Of a stretch of DNA of 64,000 bases, positions 8,529 to 17,917 are shown in pieces; within the stretch, counting starts at the first letter, position 1, and every line of letters starts with the position of its first letter. Source of the stretch: an uncultured Acidobacteriota bacterium (GTDB lineage: Bacteria > Acidobacteriota > Thermoanaerobaculia > UBA5066 > Gp7-AA6); contig CAWDSI010000006.1 in NCBI GenBank assembly GCA_963804915.1, positions 59,214-123,213 of the forward strand, written 5' to 3'. The notes under the pieces were generated by a model. That model made no database searches. It saw only the letters and a program-made list of their open reading frames with translations, and was not told the origin of the DNA. Made by a program: the position numbers and the translations under genes.

Positions 8529-11069
8529 TCAGCGCTGTGCGGAGACCGGCGTCCCGAGTCCTCCGCGGCACCGCGCCATCGCGGCGGCCGCCTGGGCCGC
8601 GGTCTCCGCGCGCATCCCGGGCAGCTTGCCCGCGGCCGCCAGCTTTCTGAACATGCCGTCCGACCGTGCATAAGAGGCGCAGGCCGCTTCGAAGGAGCGG
8701 TCCCCCGGAAGGGCCGCGTTCGCCATCGCTTCCTCCGCCTGGCCCGCGTTGAGGTAGAGGTTCGCGAGCGCCCCCGCCGCCCAGGCGTTGCCGGGATCGG
8801 CCGCGACGATCGGCTCGTAGAGCGACCGCGCCCTCTCGAAGTCGCGCCGCGCGCCGGCGTAATCTCCGCCGTGGCCGCGTTGCACCCCGATGTTGTGGAC
8901 CGTCATGGCCACTCCGAGCCGTCCGTCCACGCTCTGCGCGTCGGCGGCCGCCATGGACTCGAAGAAAGGCAGCGCGCTCCGGAACTCCTCGAGGGCCGTT
9001 CGATAGTCCTTCTGCTTTTCGAAAAACCCGCCTCGCGCGGTGTGGAGGTAGGCGAGGTCCCTCTGGAGCTGGACGCTCGTCGGCTCGTCCGCTCGGAGGG
9101 ATTCCGCGAGCGCGAGCGCTTCGTCGTAAGCCTTCCGCGCCGCGGCCGGGTCGCGGGTCTCGAGATTCTCTCCGACCAGGTAGAGGTTCTGATCCAGGCT
9201 TCGCCGCGCGCCGCGATCGACGGGGTCCGTGGCGAGCCTCGCCCGGAGGATCGCGGACTGTTTCTCGAGCGCCTGGTAGGCCTCCGCATCGCGTCCGGCC
9301 CCCGCGAGGGAGAAGGCGTAGTACTGCCAGGCCTGCGCGAGCTCCAGCTCGCGTTGCCGATCGCCCGGCCGCCGCTCGGCGAGCTCCCGGGCCAGCGGGA
9401 TCCCCTTCTCGGCCATGGCGACGGCCGCCGCGGGGTCGCCGGCCACCAACCGGATGCCGCTTCCCGTCACGTAGGCCCTCGCGAGCGTGGCCTTCTCGAG
9501 CTCGTCCGCCGTGCCCTCGGCGACGAGAGGCTCGAGCAGGGCGATTCCCTTCTCGTAGCTCCGGAGCGCGCCCGGAACGTCACCGAGGTTGGGCATGTAG
9601 GCGTTCCCCTGGACGTCGCCCACGCGAAGGTACGCCTCCGCGAGCTCGCGCCGCAGCGACCGATCGCTCTCCGCCTGCCGGGAGAGATCGTCGAGATACT
9701 GGAGCGCCCGCTGGACCACGAGCGCGCGCGCCGGCGTCGAGCCGGGCAGATCGCGAATCGCGTCGTGAAACTCGAAGAGGAAGGAGCTCGCGAGCTTGCG
9801 CAGCCCGTCGTACCGTTCCCGGGCGACCGCTTCGGCGGCCCGCGCTCTGCGGGCCTCGCGCAGGGTCGCAACGACGCCGCCCGCGAGGGCGATCGCCGCC
9901 ACGGCCGCGGCGGCCAGAACGAGGCGATGGCGGCGCGCGAACTTGCCCGCGCGATACGCGAAAGTGCCCCGCCGGGCTTCGACCGGGCGCCCGACCATCT
10001 GCCGCCGGATGTCGTCGGCGAACTCGGCCACCGTCGCGTACCGGCGCTCGGGCTCCTTGCGCATGGCCTTGAGCACGATGGCGTCGAGATCGCCGCGGAG
10101 CTCTCGGGAGTTCGCGACGAGACTCGGCCTTTCGGGGTCCCGCTCGCACACGACGCGAAGCAGCTCGGCGTGATCGACGCCGGTCACGCGATACGGCTTT
10201 CGGCCCGCGAGGAGCTCGTAGAGCACGACGCCGAGCGCGTAGACGTCGCTCGCGGTCGTGATCCGCTTTCCGCGGATCTGCTCCGGGCTGGCGTAGTCCG
10301 GCGTCATCATCCGGAACAGCGTGGCCGTCTCGGCCGGCGCGTCCGGAGCGCCCTCGGGCAGGAGCATTTTCGCGATCCCGAAATCCAGCAGCTTCGGCTC
10401 TCCGTCGGGCGCCACCAGGATGTTGCTCGGCTTGATGTCCCGATGCACCACCAGGTTCTGGTGGGCGTAGATGATGGCCCCGCAGACCTCGAGAAAGAGG
10501 CGCAGCCGTTCCGGCACGGGCAGCGCGCGGCGGTCGCAGTATTCGATGAGCGGCTCGCCTTCCACGTACTCGAGCACGAAGTAAGGCGCGCCGTCCGGCG
10601 TGGCCCCGCCGTCGAGGAGCCGGGCGATGTTGGGATGCTCGAGCGACGCGACGATCTGCCGCTCGCTGCGGAATCGCTGGAGCACGAACTCGCTCGCCAT
10701 GCCGGGCCGGATGAGCTTGATGGCGACCGTCTTCTCGAACTGGTCGTCGGCGCGGCGGGCGAGATACACCATGCCCATGCCGCCCTGCCCGAGCTCGGAG
10801 AGGAGCTCGTAGGCGCCGACGCGATCGCCGACGCCCGGCGAGGGCCAGTGGCCTCCGGCGGCGGGAACGGCGCGGCCCTCCGCCGCCTGATCCACGAACG
10901 TCCATCCGTCCGCGGCCGCGGCGAGGCCCTCGATCTCGAGGCGCATCTCCTCGTCGCCGCCGCAGCGCGCGGCGATGAACGCGGCACGCTCCTCCTCCGG
11001 AAGGTCGAGCGCCTCGTCGAGGATCTCCTTGATCCATTTCCAGCCCTCGGGCGTCCGGCGAGTCGTCAT
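8529..11069 (-). CDS. Ser/Thr protein kinase with a C-terminal TPR-repeat domain (STK1). It carries the ECF-linked N-terminal motif and is co-transcribed downstream of an ECF sigma gene.
   Basis: Intact 846-aa ORF. N-terminus WKWIKEILDEALDLPEEERAAFIAARCGGDEEMRLEIEGLAAA. Kinase motifs GQGGMGMVYLARR, VAIK, HRDIKPSNILV, DFGIAK, SPEQ. A TM segment LVLAAAAVAAIALAGGVV and then a long TPR region. Confidence 0.85.
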   Translation of the reverse strand: MTTRRTPEGWKWIKEILDEALDLPEEERAAFIAARCGGDEEMRLEIEGLAAAADGWTFVDQAAEGRAVPAAGGHWPSPGVGDRVGAYELLSELGQGGMGMVYLARRADDQFEKTVAIKLIRPGMASEFVLQRFRSERQIVASLEHPNIARLLDGGATPDGAPYFVLEYVEGEPLIEYCDRRALPVPERLRLFLEVCGAIIYAHQNLVVHRDIKPSNILVAPDGEPKLLDFGIAKMLLPEGAPDAPAETATLFRMMTPDYASPEQIRGKRITTASDVYALGVVLYELLAGRKPYRVTGVDHAELLRVVCERDPERPSLVANSRELRGDLDAIVLKAMRKEPERRYATVAEFADDIRRQMVGRPVEARRGTFAYRAGKFARRHRLVLAAAAVAAIALAGGVVATLREARRARAAEAVARERYDGLRKLASSFLFEFHDAIRDLPGSTPARALVVQRALQYLDDLSRQAESDRSLRRELAEAYLRVGDVQGNAYMPNLGDVPGALRSYEKGIALLEPLVAEGTADELEKATLARAYVTGSGIRLVAGDPAAAVAMAEKGIPLARELAERRPGDRQRELELAQAWQYYAFSLAGAGRDAEAYQALEKQSAILRARLATDPVDRGARRSLDQNLYLVGENLETRDPAAARKAYDEALALAESLRADEPTSVQLQRDLAYLHTARGGFFEKQKDYRTALEEFRSALPFFESMAAADAQSVDGRLGVAMTVHNIGVQRGHGGDYAGARRDFERARSLYEPIVAADPGNAWAAGALANLYLNAGQAEEAMANAALPGDRSFEAACASYARSDGMFRKLAAAGKLPGMRAETAAQAAAAMARCRGGLGTPVSAQR

Positions 11070-11094
11070 GCTTCGGGGCGGCGTCCCTTCCGCC

Positions 11095-11658
11095 TCAGGC
11101 TCCGATTTCGCGGCGCAGCCACGCCTTCGCGGTCCGCCACTCCCGCTTGACCGTCCTCGGCGAGATGCCGGCGACCTCGGCCGTCTCCTCGACCGTCAGT
11201 CCCCCGAAGAAGCGCAGCTCCACGATCTTCGCCTGCTGCGGATCGATCTTCTCGAGCTCTTCGAGGGCGCGATCGAGCGCGAGCAGCTCCGGGGCGCTGT
11301 CGGCGCCGCCATCGACTTCGGCCGTCGCCACCTTCCACGCGCTGGCGTCGCGCTTCGCGGCCTGACGCTTGCGCGCGTGATCCACGAGGATCCGCCGCAT
11401 CATCTGGGCGGCGATTCCGAAGAAGTGCGCGCGGTTCTGCCACGCCACGTCCTTCTGGTGGGTCAGGCGGAGATACGCCTCGTGCACGAGGGCCGTCGGC
11501 TGCAGGGTGTGGTCCTTCCTCTCCTGGCGAAGGTAGGACGCCGCGATCTTGCGGAGCTCTCCGTAGACCAGCGGCATCAGGCGGTCGAGGGCGTTCTGGT
11601 CGCCTTCGCTCGCGTCCCGGAGCAGGGCGGTGAGGTCCGGTTCGATTGGCTGCGGCAT
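11095..11658 (-). CDS. ECF (sigma-70 family, group IV) RNA polymerase sigma factor (sigma1), 26 bp upstream of STK1.
   Basis: Intact 187-aa ORF. Region 2, LQPTALVHEAYLRL, and region 4, ELRFFGGLTVEETAEVAGISPRTVKREWRTAKAWLRREI. Confidence 0.85.
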   Translation of the reverse strand: MPQPIEPDLTALLRDASEGDQNALDRLMPLVYGELRKIAASYLRQERKDHTLQPTALVHEAYLRLTHQKDVAWQNRAHFFGIAAQMMRRILVDHARKRQAAKRDASAWKVATAEVDGGADSAPELLALDRALEELEKIDPQQAKIVELRFFGGLTVEETAEVAGISPRTVKREWRTAKAWLRREIGA

Positions 11659-11788
11659 GGAGCCTCGATGCCTGGTTGGGCGAATTAGACCACACGGACG
11701 GAAGGACTTCGGCCCGTTTCCGGGTCGGATGGCCCCGGTTTCCGGGCTCCCGCGCGTGTACGGGTGAAGGCCGGCACGAACTCCTGAC

Positions 11789-11815
11789 GGGAACCCGGCC
11801 GGCCCGCCAGCGTTT
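11789..11815 (+). promoter_or_regulatory. Candidate ECF-type promoter, GGGAAC-N16-CGTT, upstream of the first CSLREA gene.
   Basis: GGGAAC at 11789-11794, a 16-nt GC-rich spacer, CGTT at 11811-11814. This sits 24 nt upstream of the ATG at 11838, with AGGAGG at 11826-11831. It matches the AAC/CGT-type ECF consensus. Only the motif was seen; no further support. Confidence 0.3.
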
Positions 11816-11837
11816 CTCGAAGCAGAAGGAGGTTGCC

Positions 11838-14212
11838 ATGCTCCAGCCGAAGAAGAGCCCCGGCCGACCCAACCCGGTTCTCGCGGCCATGCTCCTCCTC
11901 CTCGGCGCGTTCGCCGCCGGGGCGGATACGTTCACCGTGACGAACACCGCCGACAGCGGAGCGGGCTCGCTGCGCCAGGCGATCCTGGACGCCAACGCCC
12001 ACGCCGGCACCGACACCATCGAGTTCGACATTCCCGGCGCCGGCGTCCACACGATCGAGGTGCCGACCGCTCTGCCCACGATCACCTCTCCGGTGGTCAT
12101 CGACGGCGCGACCCAGCCCGGCTACGCCGGAGCTCCGCTGATCGAGCTTCACGGCGCGACCGGCAACGGCATCTGGATCACCGCTGGCTCCAGCACGCTC
12201 CGCGGCCTCGTCTTCAACGGCTTCGGGCAGGCGATCGGCCTCCAGTCCGGAGGAGGCAACGTCATCGAGGGCTGCTACATCGGGCCCGACGCGACCGGAA
12301 CGCAGGCGCCCTTTCCCTCCCAGCACGGCATCCGCATACTGGACTCGGACAACAACGTCATCGGCGGGGCTTCGCCCGCCTCCCGCAACCTGTTCTCCGG
12401 CGGGGCGACGGCCATCTCGATCGAGATCTCCGACGGCGCCGTGATCCAGGGCAACCTGATCGGCACCGACGTCACGGGAACGCTTCCCCTGGGGAACGGC
12501 ACGGGAATCAGCCTCGCGCAGGCCGACAACGTCACGATCGGCGGAAGCACGGCCGGGGCGCGCAACGTGATCGCCGCCAGCGGCGGTTCGGGCATCGGGA
12601 TCAGCTACGGCTCCGGACACGTCATCCGGGGCAATTACATCGGCACGGACGTCACCGGAACCAAAGCGTTCGGCAACGCCATGGGCATCAACGACACCGC
12701 GGGGGCGAACATCGCCATCGGCGGCACGGGCCCGGGAGACGGCAACCTGGTCTCGGGCAACAATGGCATCGGCATCTACGTCTACAACTACGCCTCCGAC
12801 ACGACGATCCTCGGAAACCGGATCGGAACGGACGTGACCGGAACGCTGCCGCTCGGAAACATCACCGGCATCGCGACCTCGAACGACAGCGCCGGCTTCC
12901 GGATCGGCGGAACGGGACCGGGGGAAGCCAACATCATCGCTTTCAACAAGGGATACCTGGCGTACACCCTTCCCGTCGGCGCCCTGATCTACAACTCCAG
13001 CAAACAGATTCCGATCCGAGGCAATTCGTTCCACGACAACGAGCAGCTCGGGATCGCGTTCAATGGCGTGCTTCCGACCTTCAACGATCCGGGCGACGTC
13101 GACACCGGGTCCAATGATCAGCAGAACTTCCCGATCGTGCGTTCGGTCGAATACGGGAACTCGACGACCCGGGTCCTCGGCAAGTTCAACAGCGCGGCGT
13201 CGACGACGTACATGCTCGACTTCTACGCGAACCCTCCCTGCCTGAGGTTCCCGCGCGAGTTCCTCGAGGGAGAGACCTACCTCGGCGCGACAGAGGTGAC
13301 GACGGACGGCGAGCGGCCACGTCGAGCTCGACGTCACGCTGCCGGTCGCGGTGGAGAACGGGGCACGCATCTCCGTCACGGCGACGGACCCCGACGGGAA
13401 CACCTCCGAGTTCTCGCAGCGGATCATCTTCTCGATGACGCCGTCGTCGGGCCCCGCGGCCGGCGGCCGGCCTCTGCAGATCTTCGGCACGGACTTCGCC
13501 GAGCCCGTCGAGCTGACCATCGGCGGCATCGAGGCGGACTACACGTTCGTGAGCGACCACCTGCTCTACTCGCATTCGCCGCTGCTCGCGGCCGGCACGG
13601 TCAACGACGTCGTCGTGACGACGCCGGACGGGACGACGGGAACCCTCGTGAAGGGATGGGTCTCCGATTTTCTCGACGTGCCGGAGAATCACCAGTTCCA
13701 CACCTTCATCACCTCGCTGATCTCGAACGCCATCACGGTCGGCATCGGCGGCGGCCTCTACGGCGTCGACCAGCCGACGCTGCGCCAGCAGATGGCGGCC
13801 CTGGTTCTGAAGGCCCGCCACGGGCTCTGCTACGTCCCGCCGCCCTGCACGGGACAGTTCGACGACGTCCCCTGCCCCTCGACCTTCGCCGCCTGGATCG
13901 AGGCGTTCGCCGACGAAGGCATCACGGGAGGTTGCGGCGGCAACAACTTCTGCCCGGCCAATCCCGTCCGCAGAGACCAGATGGCCGTCTTCCTCCTGAA
14001 GGCGGAGCACGGTCCCGGCTACGTCCCGCCCGACTGCGCCGGCCTCTACTCGGATGTGCCGTGTCCCTCGTTCTTCGCCAACTGGATCGAGCAGCTCGGG
14101 ACGGAAGCGATCACCGGAGGGTGCGGGGGCGGCCACTACTGCCCGACCAGCTCCATCACCCGCGGCCAGATGGCGGTGTTCCTGGTGAAGACGTTCAAAT
14201 CCTGCCGGTTAA
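11838..14212 (+). CDS. Secreted CSLREA-domain right-handed beta-helix protein with an IPT/TIG domain and three SLH repeats (CSLREA paralog 1). Frameshifts near 13310 and 14198.
   Basis: AGGAGG RBS then MLQPKKSPGRPNPVLAAMLLLLGAFAAGA (signal peptide). ADTFTVTNTADSGAGSLRQAILDANAHAGTDTIEFDIPGAG matches CSLREA/TIGR04214. Many N-x-I-G-G / GTDVTG beta-helix turns follow. After ...TTDG the frame shifts into ...VELDVTLPVAVENGARISVTATDPDGNTSEFSQ (ORF 13351..). The end is FLVKTFK, and removing one a in caaatcc gives ...TFNPAG* with TAA at 14210-14212. That abuts the convergent kinase stop at 14221. Confidence 0.75.
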
Positions 14213-14220
14213 GGGTCGGT

Positions 14221-16708
14221 CTACCGAGACGCGGCCGTCGGCGCGCAGCCGGCGGCCGCCTTTTTTGCCGCCTCGAAGAACTCGCGCCGGTCGGGCGGCA
14301 ACGCCCCTCGGGCCACGATCGGCTCGAAGATGTCGAGGGCCTTCCGGTAGAGCGTGCACGCGGAGCTCGGGTCCGCCGCCCGCTCTCCCAGCCGCACGTA
14401 AAGCATCGCGAGCAGACCGGCGGCCCATGAACCCGAGGGAGAGGCCGCGACCACCCTCTCGTACAGGGGTCTCGCCGCGCGGTACTCCGCGAGAGCTTCA
14501 TCGACGCGCCCGAGCTCCCTCAGGGCATCGCCGGCGTTGTGACGGGTCATGGCCACCCCGAGGACCGCGTCCGTGCTCTTCGGATCGGCCGCCGCCATCG
14601 CCTCGAACGTCTCCTGCGCCCGGCGAAAGTCGACGAGCGCTCCCGCCGCATCCCTCTGCGCGAGCTCGAGGTTGCCGGCCGACATCCGGGACCACGCGAG
14701 GTCGCGCTGGAACGTCACGCTCGCGGGTTCCTCCGCGGCCAGCGCGGCCTGGACTCGTTCCGCCTCCCGGTACTTTGCGATCGCTCCCGCCGGATCGCCG
14801 GCGTTCGTCGCCGCGTCGCCCGAGAGGAAGAGGTTCTGGCCGAGGCTTCGGCGCACGGAGCGATCTCCCGGATCGGCCCGGACACGCTCCTGGAGGATCC
14901 TGGCCTGCGCCGCGAGCGCCCGGGCCGCCTCATCCGGCTTTCCGGCGGCCATCGCGAAGTACGCGACGAACTGCCAGGCCTGGGAAAGCTCCATCTGGAG
15001 CGACGGATTGCCCGGCGTACCGGCGGCGACGGCCTGGCGCAGGGCGAGGCCCTTCTTCGCCCAGGCGAGCGCGTCCGCCGGCTTTCCCTGGTTGAGCCGG
15101 AGGCCGCTGCCGGCGAGATAGCACTTCGCCAGCGTCGCGCGCTCGGCGTCGGTCGCCTCGGGCGAAGCGATCCCGGGCTCGAGAAGGGCGATCGCCTTCT
15201 GGGTGCTCGTGAAAGCCCCCTGCATGTCGCCGAGATTGGCCATGAACGGATTCCCCTGGACGTCGCCGACCTTCTGGTACGCGTCGGCGAGCTCTCGACG
15301 GAGCACGCGATCGCCGGTCGATTCTTTCGAGAGGGAATCGAGGTACTCGAGCGCCCGCTGGACCACCAGAGCGCGCGCCGGCGTCGATCCCGGGAAGATC
15401 GCGAATCGCGTCGTGGAACTCGAAGAGAAACGAGTTGGCGAGCTTCCGCACGTCGTTGAAGCGCCGCTCGGCGCGCGCTTCGGCCTCCCGGGCGCGCCGC
15501 GCCTCGCGCGACGTCGCCCAGAGGCCGCCGGCGAGGGCCAGGAGGATCACCGCCGCGGCGGCGACGCCGAAGCGGTAGCGCCGCACGAACTTGCCCGCGC
15601 GATACCCGCTCGTGCCGCGCCGCGCGAGGACGGGCCGTCCCTGGAGGTACCGCGCGATGTCCTCCGACAGGGCCTCCGCCGAAAGGTATCGGAGCTGCGG
15701 CTCCTTGCGCATCGCCTTCATGACGATGGCGTCGACGTCTCCCGAGACGTCTCGCGCCGTGGCGACCGTGCTGGGTTTGTCCGGGTCCTCGTCGCAGACG
15801 AGACGGAGCAGCTCCGCCGGCTCGGGATTCTGAACGTGGTAGGGCCGGCGCCCGGACACCAGCTCGTAGAGAACGACACCGAGGGCATAGACGTCGCTGG
15901 CCGTCGTCACGGGCTGACCGCGCACCTGCTCCGGGCTGGCGTAGTCGGGCGTCAGCATCCGGTAGAGCGTCGAGGTTTCCGGACCGGTCCGCGCCGTCCC
16001 ACCGGGGTCCAGCATCTTCGCGATGCCGAAATCGAGAAGCTTCGCCTGCCCGTCCGGCGTGACCAGGATGTTGCCGGGCTTCAGGTCCCGGTGGACGACG
16101 AGGTTCTGATGGGCGTACTGGACGGCCGCGCAGACGTCCTGGAAGAGACGCAGCCGTTCGCGCGTCGTCAGCCCTCGCGTCTCGCAGTACGAGAGGAGCG
16201 GCTCGCCCTCGACGTACTCCATGACGAAGTACGGCTCGCCGGCCGCGGTCGTGCCGCCGTCGAGGAGCCTCGCGATGTGCGGATGGTCCAGCGACGCCGA
16301 GATCTGGCGCTCGCTTCGGAAACGTCCGAGCGCGACTTCGTCCGCCAGGCCGCCCGAGACGAGCTTGATCGCGACCCGCCGCTGAAACTCGTCGTCGGCG
16401 CGCCGCGCGAGATACACGACGCCCATGCCCCCCCGGCCGATCTCCGAGAGCAGCTCGTAAGACCCGATCCTCTCGCCTTGCCGGGAGCGTGGCGGAGCAT
16501 CGAGGAAGGGCACCGGCACGGGTGTGTCGAGAATGTTGTCGCCGTCCTCGGCCGCGGCCGCCAGGGACTCGACGTCCCGCCGGAGGTCCTGGTCCGCGCC
16601 GCAGGCTTCCGCGATGAACGCGGGCCGCACCCCGGTCGGAACCTCGAGGGCCTCGTCGAGGATCCGCTTGGCCTCTCGCCACCGGCCGGGGTCGCTTCGG
16701 CTCGACAC
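14221..16708 (-). CDS. Ser/Thr protein kinase with a C-terminal TPR domain (STK2), paralog of STK1. Frameshift near 15380.
   Basis: ORF 14930..16708 has the same architecture and about 75% kinase-domain identity to STK1. It ends at ...HDAIRDLPG and then runs into an Arg-rich frame. The continuation STPARALVVQRALEYLDSLSKE...TPR is in ORF 14221..15366. Confidence 0.8.
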
Positions 16709-16736
16709 GGCGTCTACCTCTCAGGCTCTGAGGCTT

Positions 16737-17303
16737 CTAGGCCTCGAGCCCGATCTCTCGCCGCAGCCAGGCCCGGGCGGTCCGCCATTCGCGCTTGACC
16801 GTGGCCGTCGAAATGCCGGCGGCCTCCGCGGTCTCATCGACCGTCAGACCGCCGAAGAAACGGAGCTCCACGATCCGGGCCTGCTGGGGATCGAGCTCCT
16901 CGAGGCTCGTCAGCGCCGAGTCCAGGGCGATGAGCTCGGGCGCGCGGTCGTCCGCTCCGGCATCCACAAGCGTGAGCCGCAGGGCCGCGCCGTCGCGCTT
17001 GGCCGCCCCCCGTCGACGCGCGTGGTCCACGAGGATGCGCCGCATGATCCGGGCCGCGATGCCGTAGAAGTGAGCGCGGTTGGACCACACCACGGACCGC
17101 TGTCCCTGCAGCCGGAGGTAGGCCTCGTGAACGAGCGCGGTGGGCTGGAGGGTGTGGTCCGGCCTCTCCGAGCGCAGGTAGGAGGCGGCCAGCCGTTTGA
17201 GCTCGCCGTAGACAGCGGGCAGGAGCCGCTCCAGGGCTTCACGGTCTCCGCCGCTCCAATCCCTCAGCAGGGCGGTGATGTCCCGCTCGGGCAGCCCTTC
17301 CAT
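16737..17303 (-). CDS. ECF sigma factor (sigma2), paralog of sigma1, upstream of STK2.
   Basis: An internal ATG gives MEGLPERDITALLRDW... with LQPTALVHEAYLRL and ELRFFGGLTVDETAEAAGISTATVKREW. About 80% identity to sigma1 over the core. The upstream part of ORF 16737..17435 is an Arg-rich artefact. Confidence 0.85.
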   Translation of the reverse strand: MEGLPERDITALLRDWSGGDREALERLLPAVYGELKRLAASYLRSERPDHTLQPTALVHEAYLRLQGQRSVVWSNRAHFYGIAARIMRRILVDHARRRGAAKRDGAALRLTLVDAGADDRAPELIALDSALTSLEELDPQQARIVELRFFGGLTVDETAEAAGISTATVKREWRTARAWLRREIGLEA

Positions 17304-17446
17304 GCGAACCCCTTTTGTCGGGAATCTACACCCGCCGGGCCGGGCGTGATCCCGTTTCGGCCGGATCTGCGCGTGAGGGACAGGTCCGAGGCTGCCGGCG
17401 GTGGGATGTCGGGGCCTAAGGCACGGGCCGGCCAAGGAGGAGGGTC

Positions 17447-17917
17447 ATGACCTCGAGAACTCTGGAGCTTCCGCGCACCCTGTCCGGCGCGACCCCTGCA
17501 GCCGCGTCGGCCGGGCTGGCCGTCCGGCTGGCGGCCACGGCGATCGACCTGGTGGTGGTCGGAACCGTGGTCGTGATCGGCGCCCTGGCGGCACACATGG
17601 TCATCGCCGTGCTGCCGGCCCAGGTGGCCGAGGTGGAGTCCTGGGGGATCCTGGCCCTCGGGGTGATCGTCCTGACGGGGTACTTCGTCTATTTCTGGGG
17701 AGTCGAGGGCGCGACCCCCGGGAAGAAGCTGATGGGGCTCAGGGTGACCCGGCCAGGCACCCGCGAACCGATCGGGCCGGGCCGGGCCCTGCTCCGGCTC
17801 GTCGGGATCACCGCCGGGAACATCCTGTTCGTGGATCTCATCGTCGCGTTCCTCCACCGGGACCGTCGGGCCCTGCACGATATGATCGCGGACTCAATCG
17901 TCGTGGAGGGTTCCTGA
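17447..17917 (+). CDS. RDD-family small membrane protein.
   Basis: GGAGGAGGG RBS. Three TM segments. GKKLMGLRV...LHRDRRALHDMIADSIVV is the RDD signature. The stop TGA overlaps the next ATG (TGATG). Confidence 0.75.
   Translation: MTSRTLELPRTLSGATPAAASAGLAVRLAATAIDLVVVGTVVVIGALAAHMVIAVLPAQVAEVESWGILALGVIVLTGYFVYFWGVEGATPGKKLMGLRVTRPGTREPIGPGRALLRLVGITAGNILFVDLIVAFLHRDRRALHDMIADSIVVEGS

Noticed and set aside
8871-11150. 759-aa plus ORF and 9580..11037 minus ORF over the STK1 locus
   Set aside because: They are antisense or alternative frames of an intact, motif-rich kinase gene, with Arg/Gly-rich composition.
11685-13529. 614-aa minus ORF antisense to CSLREA paralog 1 (the same applies to 17689..19212, 30157..32958 and 30159..32723)
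   Set aside because: The Gly/Arg/Asp-rich reverse frames are artefacts of the repetitive GGN/GNN beta-helix coding sequence.
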